This document shows positions 56,694 through 64,000 of a DNA stretch of 64,000 bases, in pieces (the stretch's first letter is position 1; the number at the start of each line of letters is the position of its first letter). The stretch spans positions 147,923 through 211,922 of the forward strand of contig JACOYB010000004.1 in the NCBI GenBank assembly GCA_016182085.1, in the 5' to 3' direction. Position numbers and translations under genes: made by a program. The notes below the pieces were generated by a model. That model saw only the letters and a program-made list of their open reading frames with translations. It was not told where the DNA came from and did no database searches. The DNA is from Candidatus Magasanikiibacteriota bacterium. GTDB taxonomy: Bacteria > Patescibacteriota > Patescibacteriia > Magasanikbacterales > GWA2-37-8.

Positions 56694-57062
56694 TTGTCAT
56701 TCCCGTCGCAGCGGGAATCCAGTCGATATGAATCAACGCAAAAATTATTATGTATATATTTTGGCAAGTAAAAGAAATGGCACTTTATATATTGGAGTAA
56801 CAAATAGTTTGATCAGACGAATTTATGAACACAAGCAAAATTTAATTGCTGGGTTCACAAAAAAATACGGAGTTCATAATCTAGTTTATTATGAAACTTA
56901 CGATAGTATAGACACTGCGATTGCCAGAGAAAAAGAAATTAAAAAATGGAGAAGAAAACCTAAAATTGACCTAATAGAAAAAGATAATTTAAATTGGCGT
57001 GATTTGTATAAGGAATTAAATCCAGCTTAGCGACTGGATTCCCGCTGCGGCGGGAATGACAA
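56694..57062. mobile_element. 369-bp cassette: GIY-YIG nuclease gene bounded by 32-bp REP-like terminal inverted repeats
   Basis: TTGTCATTCCCGTCGCAGCGGGAATCCAGTCG (56694-56725) and CGACTGGATTCCCGCTGCGGCGGGAATGACAA (57031-57062), 31/32 complementary; splits pheS from pheT. Confidence 0.85.
56728..57030 (+). CDS. Small stand-alone GIY-YIG nuclease
   Basis: YYVYILAS..NGTLYIGVT..L.RR..EH..GFT.KY..LVYYE..AIAREK.IKKW. Confidence 0.92.
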   Translation: MNQRKNYYVYILASKRNGTLYIGVTNSLIRRIYEHKQNLIAGFTKKYGVHNLVYYETYDSIDTAIAREKEIKKWRRKPKIDLIEKDNLNWRDLYKELNPA

Positions 57063-57070
57063 AACATTAT

Positions 57071-59506
57071 ATGTTAATAAGTTATCAGTGGTTAAAAAAA
57101 TACGTTAACCTTCCGGATTCTATTACGGCCGAAGAAGTGGCGGCAAGGCTAAAGGCTAGTACCGTGGAGGTAGAGAATGTTGAATTTCAAGGAAAAAACT
57201 TGGAAAATGTTGTGGTCGGGAAAGTTTTGTCTGCCGAAAAACATCCTAATGCCGATAAATTAAAATTATGTAAAGTTGATGTTGGAAATGAAAAGTTACA
57301 AATTGTCTGCGGCGGCAGCAATGTAGTGGCGGGCATGTTGGTGGCGCTGGCCAAAGTGGGCGCAAAAGTAAAATGGCATGGCGAAGGCGAATTAATAGAA
57401 TTAAAACCAGCCAAGATTCGCGATGTAGAGTCCGCCGGTATGATCTGCGCTTCTACCGAAATTGGTTTGGCCGAACTTTTTCCACTCAAAGATGAAAAAG
57501 AAATAATGGACATCACTCATCTAAAAGCCAGGCCAGGAACACCTTTAGCACAAGTGTTAGGGTTAAATGATTCTGTTTTGGAAATAGATAATAAATCACT
57601 GAGCAACCGGCCGGATTTATGGGGGCATTATGGCATAGCCAGAGAAGTGGCGGTGCTTTTTAATAAAAATTTAAAGGAATATAAAACAGATAAAATTAAG
57701 CCAGGTAAGGGGGGCGCAGTTAAAGTAGAAGTTGAAAATACCAAACTCTGTCCGAGGTATGTGGCCGTGGCCGTATCGGGAGTAAAAGTAGGTCCATCGC
57801 CGGAGTGGCTGAAAAAAAGTTTGTCAGCTATTGGATTACGTTCCATAAACAATATCGTAGATATTACCAACTTCGTTATGATGGATCTGGGGCAGCCGCT
57901 CCATGCTTTTGACGCGGCAAAAGTTGTCGACACTACGATTGTGGTTCGCGCCGCCAAAGATGGTGAGGAATTTATTACCCTTGATGGCGAGAAAAGAAAA
58001 CTAGATTCTTCCATGCTTATGATTGCCGACCAGTCAAAGGCCTTGGCCATTGCCGGAGTAATGGGAGGCTTGGACAGTGGTATAACCGACCAAACTAACA
58101 CGATTATTTTTGAATCAGCTAATTTTGATGCTGCTTCCATACGCCACACTTCAACCAAACTTGGGCTGCGCAGCGACGCTTCGGCTCGATTTGAAAAAAG
58201 TTTAGATCCAAGTCTTGCCATGCCGGCTTTACAAAAAGCCGTAGAATTAGTGCTGCAAATTTGTCCCGGAGCAAAAGTAGCCGGCAAAGTTGTGGAAGCG
58301 TCAAAGTTTAGCGTAAAACAAGGTCCGATCATGCTAAGTATGGGTCTCTTGGAGAAAAAAATCGGGACAAAAATATCTAAAAAAGAAGTAGAAAGAATTT
58401 TGACTCAGCTTGGTTTTGAGGTAAAGAGCAAAGGTGAAGGATTTGCAGTTAAAATTCCCACTTGGCGCGCCACTAAAGATATTTCCATTGCCGAAGATTT
58501 GGTGGAAGAAATCCTGCGTATGTATGGTTATGACAAGATAGAATCGTCGCTGCCAATGTTTGCCATAAACCCTCCCGAAGAAAATAAATTGAGAAAACTG
58601 GAACGGGAAGTAAAAAATATTTTGGCAAATTCTTTATCTTATACCGAAGTCTATAATTATTCTTTTGTTAGCGGCGAGCAGATAGCAAAAATTGGGGACG
58701 ATCCCGCAAAGTATATTGCTTTAGATAATCCGCTTTCAAAAGAAAAACCATATTTGCGCCGATGCCTGCTTCTTAATTTGCTGGAAAATTTAGAACAGAA
58801 TCAAGCAGGAAATAATACGTTAAAGTTATTTGAAATTGGCAGCGTGTTTCGCGAAGAAGACTCTGGTTTGCGTACAGAATCTAATAAAGACAGCTTGTTG
58901 CCTGGACAAGATACCTGGTTTACGGCTGTGTATATGGAGAAGAAAAATAATACGCCTTTTTGGGCGGCCAGAGGCGTGGTAGAAACACTGTCAAAAACTA
59001 TATTGCCCGGTATTGTAGTTTCTAAATCCGGCGCAGACGGCTTTGCCAGACACCCATCCCGTTCGGCTGGACTTATGATGGGAGAAAAAAATGTGGGATC
59101 TTTATATGAGTTACATCCTAAAGTAGGGAGCAATTTTGGATTGGAAGGACGGGTAGGAGTAGTAAAAATAAATTTAAGCTTCGTGGCCGATCTGCAACAA
59201 TTTGAAACAACATATGCGCCAGTACCGGCATTTCCGGCTGTGGAAAGAGATTTAGCGATTATCGTTAAAAAGAACATAGCCCACCAAGATATTTTGTCAG
59301 CGTTATTAGGAGCCGATCCGCTGCTTCAGTCCGTTAGTTTGTTTGATGTATACGAGGGCGCAAATGTTAGCGCGGAATACAAAAGTATGGCCTACCATTT
59401 TATTTATAGAAATAATGAGCGAACTTTGGTAACTGAAGAAGTGGAAAAAGCCCATCAAAAAATAATTGATATCTTAAAAAAGAGTTTTAACGCCGAAGTA
59501 CGGTAA
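57071..59506 (+). CDS. pheT: Phenylalanine--tRNA ligase beta subunit
   Basis: MLISYQWLK start; HPNADKL, NRPDL, GQPLHAFD, DLVEEILRMYGY; FDX-ACB C-terminus. Confidence 0.97.
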   Translation: MLISYQWLKKYVNLPDSITAEEVAARLKASTVEVENVEFQGKNLENVVVGKVLSAEKHPNADKLKLCKVDVGNEKLQIVCGGSNVVAGMLVALAKVGAKVKWHGEGELIELKPAKIRDVESAGMICASTEIGLAELFPLKDEKEIMDITHLKARPGTPLAQVLGLNDSVLEIDNKSLSNRPDLWGHYGIAREVAVLFNKNLKEYKTDKIKPGKGGAVKVEVENTKLCPRYVAVAVSGVKVGPSPEWLKKSLSAIGLRSINNIVDITNFVMMDLGQPLHAFDAAKVVDTTIVVRAAKDGEEFITLDGEKRKLDSSMLMIADQSKALAIAGVMGGLDSGITDQTNTIIFESANFDAASIRHTSTKLGLRSDASARFEKSLDPSLAMPALQKAVELVLQICPGAKVAGKVVEASKFSVKQGPIMLSMGLLEKKIGTKISKKEVERILTQLGFEVKSKGEGFAVKIPTWRATKDISIAEDLVEEILRMYGYDKIESSLPMFAINPPEENKLRKLEREVKNILANSLSYTEVYNYSFVSGEQIAKIGDDPAKYIALDNPLSKEKPYLRRCLLLNLLENLEQNQAGNNTLKLFEIGSVFREEDSGLRTESNKDSLLPGQDTWFTAVYMEKKNNTPFWAARGVVETLSKTILPGIVVSKSGADGFARHPSRSAGLMMGEKNVGSLYELHPKVGSNFGLEGRVGVVKINLSFVADLQQFETTYAPVPAFPAVERDLAIIVKKNIAHQDILSALLGADPLLQSVSLFDVYEGANVSAEYKSMAYHFIYRNNERTLVTEEVEKAHQKIIDILKKSFNAEVR

Positions 59507-59574
59507 ATTTTCTTGACACAAATTTCTGCCAGTGAGATAATAGCTATATAATTATTAATTTTAATGGAGGGAAT

Positions 59575-59955
59575 ATGTTTGAGAATTCAAAAGATATTTT
59601 ATATCTGGTAATCGCGTTTTGCGTTTTATGGATAACCGTTTTCTTGTGCTGGATGTTTTATTATGTAACCAGAATTTTGAAAAATGCCAATCAAATTGCC
59701 GAAGAATTTCGCGCGCGGTTGCAAATCTTAACTGAAACCATAAATTATTTAAGAGGCAAGGTAGAGAGTATCCACAGTTTAGTGAGCATGGCCAGCGGCG
59801 GTGTGGCCGGAGTGGTAAAAAGCATGGTAAGCAAAAAGGCCAATGAGTGGATAAGCAAAGGTTCGAATAAGTTCAACTCCGCAGCCAAAGATGCCGTAGA
59901 CAAAGCCGTAGAAGCTACAGCCAAGAAGATGAAGAAAACTGCTAAAAAAATTTAA
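59575..59955 (+). CDS. Small membrane-anchored coiled-coil protein
   Basis: N-terminal TM then helical region; promoter TTGACA-N17-GATAAT near 59514; terminator near 59967-59998. Confidence 0.7.
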   Translation: MFENSKDILYLVIAFCVLWITVFLCWMFYYVTRILKNANQIAEEFRARLQILTETINYLRGKVESIHSLVSMASGGVAGVVKSMVSKKANEWISKGSNKFNSAAKDAVDKAVEATAKKMKKTAKKI

Positions 59956-60064
59956 TGAAATTTAATTAAAAAATACCCTGCAAAAGGGTATTTTTTAACG
60001 TTGATTTTGTTTATCCTTTGGGGTAAGATAGGGCCTATAAGAGGGGTAGTTTTAGATATATTTT

Positions 60065-63000
60065 ATGTCAGATTTCGTTCACCTCCATGTCCACTCCCAC
60101 TATTCTTTGCTTGACGGGTTGCCAAAAATAGATGAGTTGGTTGGCCATGCCAAAAAGCTCGGCTACAAAGCCCTGGCTCTTACCGATCATGGCAATATGT
60201 ATGGCGCCATTGAGTTTTATGAGGCTTGCCAAAAAGAGGGTATAAAACCCATTATTGGCGTGGAAGCATACTTAACCGCCGGCGATCATTTGGAAAAAAA
60301 TAACCGAGATGAAAAAGTATACCATCTCGTTCTTTTGGCATTAAATTATACCGGGTATAAAAATCTCATGAAATTGTGTTCGGTGGCAAATCTGGAAGGG
60401 CTTACCGATAAGCCGCGTCTGGATAAAGCGCTTCTAAAACAATATCACGAAGGCGTGATTGCTTTGTCATCTTGTGCGGAGGGTGAGATTCCTTGGATCT
60501 TACAAAAAGAAGATAATTATGAAAAAGCTAAACGAGTGGCGCTGGAATACAAAGAAATTTTTGGTGAAGAAAATTTTTATTTGGAACTAATGGATTTACC
60601 GGCGCTGGAAGGCCAAATGGATTTGAATACCAAACTTATTCAATTATCTAAAGATGCCGGCATACCGCTCGTAGTTACCCGCGACGCGCATTATTTGAAT
60701 TCCGAAGATGCCGAAGCGCAGGATATTTTAACCTGTATTCGTGACGGCCGAACTTTGGAAGAAGATAATCGTATGAATATGAGCAGCGTGGATTATTCGC
60801 TGGCGCCCGCCAAAGAAATTGTTGGCCGCTTCAAACATATTCCCGAAGCAGTTATAAATACGGCCAAGATTGCTGAGCGGGTGGATTTAAAAATAGAATT
60901 AAACAAATGGCATTTTCCCGATATTGATATTCCATCGGGCAAAACCGCGGACCAGTATTTGCGAGAGCAGGTTTATGAAAAATTGCCGCAGCGTATTCCC
61001 ATGACCGAAGAAGTTAAAAAACGCGCCGATTATGAATTAGACATTATTGCCAAAAAAGGCTATTCCCCATATTTTTTAACCGTAGCCGATTATATTGGCT
61101 ACGCGCGTGAACATAAAATCATGGTGACTACTCGCGGTTCGGCCGCCGGTTCTATTGTTTCTTTTGCTATGGGCATCGTCATGGATAATCCGTTATTTTT
61201 TAAACTTCCGTTTGAACGATTTTTGAATCCGTTTCGTCCCAGCCCTCCGGATATTGACGGCGATTTTGCCGATGACAAGCGCGATGAAATGATTGCCTAT
61301 GTGACCAAAAAATATGGCGCCGATAAAGTGGCGCAGATTATTACTTTTGGTACGATGATGGCGCGAGGCGCGGTAAGAGATGTAGGGCGAGCGCTCGGTT
61401 ATTCCTATTCTTTTTGCGACCAGGTCGCCAAGATGATCCCGTTTGGCGCGCAAGGATTTCAGATGACGCTTACGAAAGCTTTGGATTTGGAGCCGGAATT
61501 AAAAAAATTATACGATAAGAATTCCGAAGCGAGGCGCTTACTTGATCTGGCTAGAAAAGTTGAGGGCTGTGCTCGCCATACGTCTATCCATGCCGCCGGC
61601 GTGGTGATTTCGCCTACGCCGCTTACGGATTTTACCCCGGTACAGCTGGAAACCGGCGGCGATAAAGTAGTTACCCAATACGAAATGCATTCGGTAGAAG
61701 CAGCCGGAGTTTTGAAGATGGATTTTTTGGGTATCCGCAACCTTTCTATTTTGGGAAACGCCATTGAAATTATTGAAAAAACCACCAATCAAAAAATTGA
61801 TGTATATAATTTGTATCCATGGAATGATAAGAAGACGTACGAAATGCTTGCCCGCGGCGAAACGGTGGGCGTGTTTCAATTATCCAGTTCCGGCATGACC
61901 AGATATTTAAAAGAACTTAAACCAAGCTCAATCTTCGATATCATGGCGATGGTGGCTTTGTTTCGTCCCGGGCCGATGGAGTCCATTCCCAGTTATATCC
62001 AAAGAAAGAACCATCCGGAAATGATTGAATATGAAGATCCGCGCATGAAAGAATATTTGGACCAATCACTTGGTCTGATTGTCTATCAAGACGATGTGCT
62101 TTTAACAGCCATAAATTTAGCTAATTATAATTGGGAAGAAGCCGATAAATTCCGCAAAGCGATGGGTAAGAAGATTCCCGAAGAAATGGCCAAGCAGAAA
62201 GAGAAATTTTATAAAGGCGCCAAGGAGTTTGGCAAATTATCACAGGAAAAAATAGACAGATTATGGGAGCGTATTGAGCCGTTTGCGGCCTATGGTTTCA
62301 ACAAAGCCCACGCGGCCAGTTATGCGGTGGTGGCGTATCAAACCGCGTACCTTAAGGCAAATTTTCCGGTTCAATATATGACCGCCATCTTGATCGCGGA
62401 AAGCGGCGATATTGATAAAGTTCCGGAAGTCATTTATGAATGCGAGAGAATGGGCGTAAAAGTATTGCCGCCTGGCATTAATGAAAGTTTTAAGAATTTT
62501 GCCATGATTGCCGGCAAAGACGGTGAGTCGGCGCATATTAGGTTTGGATTAAACGGTATAAAAAACCTGGGAGAAAATATTGCCGAGGCAATTTATCGTG
62601 AACGTAAAAATAATGGCGCGTATAAAAATTTACAGGATTTTTTGACCAGGGTGAAAGATAAGGATTTGAATAAAAAATCTTTGGAAAGTTTGATAAAGTG
62701 CGGGGCTTTGGATAGTTTTGGCCATGACCGCGGATTTCTGTTCGGCAATATAGAAAACCTTCTGTCTTTTGTGAAACAAATTCGCGAACATAATATGAGT
62801 ACGCAAAACTCTTTGTTTAGCGGTACGAATATAGACATGTCTTCCAAGCTTAAGTTGGCGGATAAGCCAAATGCCACGGAAGCGGAAAAATTATCCTGGG
62901 AGAAAGAATTGCTTGGTTTGTATGTTACTTCGCATCCGTTTAGCAAGTATCAGGAACTAATGAAAGAATCTCTTACGCCGCTTAAAGATTTGTCCGGTAA

Positions 63001-63523
63001 GCCGCGTAACCAATGGGTGATAGTGGGCGGCATGATAGATGCGGCCAAGAAAAAAATAACTCGCAGCGGCAAGGCCATGATGTTTGCCAAAATTTTGGAT
63101 ACAACCAGCAATTTGGAACTCTTAGTTTTTCCAAAAACATACGAAACCACCAAAGATGTCTGGGTGGAAGGCCAGCCGGTATGCGTGATCGGCAAAACCT
63201 CGGAAGACGAAGGCGATGATAAGTTGTTTGTAGAAAAAGCGTATGTGCTTACCCCCGAAAACGCGCCGCTCCTAGCCCGACAGCTGGCTTTAGGAAAAAG
63301 CCATGATCCTAAACCGCCGGCTTCCGCTCCAGTGCAGCCTTTTGAAATTATAATTAATCAGGAACAGATAAAATCAAAAGGTGATGCCATTAAAAATATC
63401 TTGAGTAAATATCCGGGAGATAAGCCGGTGGTATTAAAAGTTGGCTCCAAAATAATAAAAACTTCGTATCAAGTCGATGATTGTGAAGAGTTGAAAAAGG
63501 AGCTGGCGGTTTTGGTTGGTTAG
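60065..63523 (+). CDS. dnaE: DNA polymerase III alpha subunit
   Basis: PHP domain HLHVHSHYSLLDG; RGSAAGS, FERFLNP.R..PPDIDGDF, KMDFLG, YGFNKAH; OB fold; no intein. Confidence 0.97.
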   Translation: MSDFVHLHVHSHYSLLDGLPKIDELVGHAKKLGYKALALTDHGNMYGAIEFYEACQKEGIKPIIGVEAYLTAGDHLEKNNRDEKVYHLVLLALNYTGYKNLMKLCSVANLEGLTDKPRLDKALLKQYHEGVIALSSCAEGEIPWILQKEDNYEKAKRVALEYKEIFGEENFYLELMDLPALEGQMDLNTKLIQLSKDAGIPLVVTRDAHYLNSEDAEAQDILTCIRDGRTLEEDNRMNMSSVDYSLAPAKEIVGRFKHIPEAVINTAKIAERVDLKIELNKWHFPDIDIPSGKTADQYLREQVYEKLPQRIPMTEEVKKRADYELDIIAKKGYSPYFLTVADYIGYAREHKIMVTTRGSAAGSIVSFAMGIVMDNPLFFKLPFERFLNPFRPSPPDIDGDFADDKRDEMIAYVTKKYGADKVAQIITFGTMMARGAVRDVGRALGYSYSFCDQVAKMIPFGAQGFQMTLTKALDLEPELKKLYDKNSEARRLLDLARKVEGCARHTSIHAAGVVISPTPLTDFTPVQLETGGDKVVTQYEMHSVEAAGVLKMDFLGIRNLSILGNAIEIIEKTTNQKIDVYNLYPWNDKKTYEMLARGETVGVFQLSSSGMTRYLKELKPSSIFDIMAMVALFRPGPMESIPSYIQRKNHPEMIEYEDPRMKEYLDQSLGLIVYQDDVLLTAINLANYNWEEADKFRKAMGKKIPEEMAKQKEKFYKGAKEFGKLSQEKIDRLWERIEPFAAYGFNKAHAASYAVVAYQTAYLKANFPVQYMTAILIAESGDIDKVPEVIYECERMGVKVLPPGINESFKNFAMIAGKDGESAHIRFGLNGIKNLGENIAEAIYRERKNNGAYKNLQDFLTRVKDKDLNKKSLESLIKCGALDSFGHDRGFLFGNIENLLSFVKQIREHNMSTQNSLFSGTNIDMSSKLKLADKPNATEAEKLSWEKELLGLYVTSHPFSKYQELMKESLTPLKDLSGKPRNQWVIVGGMIDAAKKKITRSGKAMMFAKILDTTSNLELLVFPKTYETTKDVWVEGQPVCVIGKTSEDEGDDKLFVEKAYVLTPENAPLLARQLALGKSHDPKPPASAPVQPFEIIINQEQIKSKGDAIKNILSKYPGDKPVVLKVGSKIIKTSYQVDDCEELKKELAVLVG

Positions 63524-63525
63524 TT

Positions 63526-64000
63526 TTATTTGGCCAATCTCCAATTTGGGTCAGCCTTTATTTTTTTCCAAGAAGTGTAATCTTTTTGTTTGGCATGATG
63601 ATATCCGGCCACCGCGATCATAGCGCCGTTATCCATGGCATATTTCATTTGAGGGATTTGAAAATCAGTATCAGGTAAATTTTTATTAATTTCTTCCTGC
63701 AGCGTTTGTCGCAGTTTTGGATTCGCACTCACGCCGCCGCCCAAGATGATAGTTTTTGGTTTATATTCTTTGGCGGCTTTCATAGTTTTGCTTACGAGCA
63801 CATCTATAATCGCTTGTTCAAAACTGGCGCAGAAATCATTTATATTTAAGGAATTTTTATTATCTCGCAGCCAGTAAAGCGCCGAAGTTTTTAGTCCGGA
63901 AAAACTAAAATTATAATCTTTGCTATCTATCATTGGTCGGGGGAAATGAATTGCCCGCGTATTACCGCTCACTGCCAATTTAGAAATTTGCGGCCCGCCC
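63526..64000 (-). CDS. tsaD: tRNA threonylcarbamoyladenosine transferase TsaD (partial; 5' end outside the window)
   Basis: GGPQISKLA, FPRPM, FSFSGLKT, GGGVSAN, DNGAMIA. Confidence 0.93.
   Translation of the reverse strand, partial: GGPQISKLAVSGNTRAIHFPRPMIDSKDYNFSFSGLKTSALYWLRDNKNSLNINDFCASFEQAIIDVLVSKTMKAAKEYKPKTIILGGGVSANPKLRQTLQEEINKNLPDTDFQIPQMKYAMDNGAMIAVAGYHHAKQKDYTSWKKIKADPNWRLAK

Noticed and set aside
56694-57062. Classical IS element or homing-endonuclease intron
   Set aside because: No DDE, HUH or serine transposase and no target duplication; it lies between genes and has no ribozyme core.
60065-63523. Inteins in dnaE (and gyrA)
   Set aside because: Protein lengths and motif continuity are normal.

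Overview
A 64-kb chromosomal segment of a small-genome bacterium, most likely Patescibacteria/CPR (Parcubacteria or ABY1-like). This is inferred from gene content, AT-rich starts without Shine-Dalgarno sites, pilin-like fusions and GEVLG-type surface proteins; TGA is used as stop. The backbone is housekeeping: recO, asnS, tRNA-Leu(CAA), parAB, a short rel, gyrA, uvrB/A/C, rpsA, ftsH, pilB, recG, radA, clpC, PMM/PGM, lemA/htpX, rseP, pheST, dnaE and tsaD, plus a cluster of Calx-beta, CAP and NHL surface proteins. Three layers of non-obvious structure stand out. (1) A 100-aa GIY-YIG nuclease gene sits between pheS and pheT, exactly bracketed by 32-bp inverted repeats that are TGTC-tagged REP-like palindromes. 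Gene-less pairs of the same repeat occur at 8.6 kb and 23.6 kb, and a sister family at 6.1 kb. This suggests a GIY-YIG-associated REP/REPIN-like mobile system. Several other tiny palindromic elements are present, one translated in frame inside uvrB. (2) About seven GC-richer one- or two-gene islets carry their own promoter, Shine-Dalgarno site and terminator; one looks like a toxin-immunity pair. (3) The UvrABC set is streamlined: UvrA lacks its insertion domain, and UvrB and UvrC both appear to lack the UVR motif. No database searches were run; family assignments come from motif recognition by eye.
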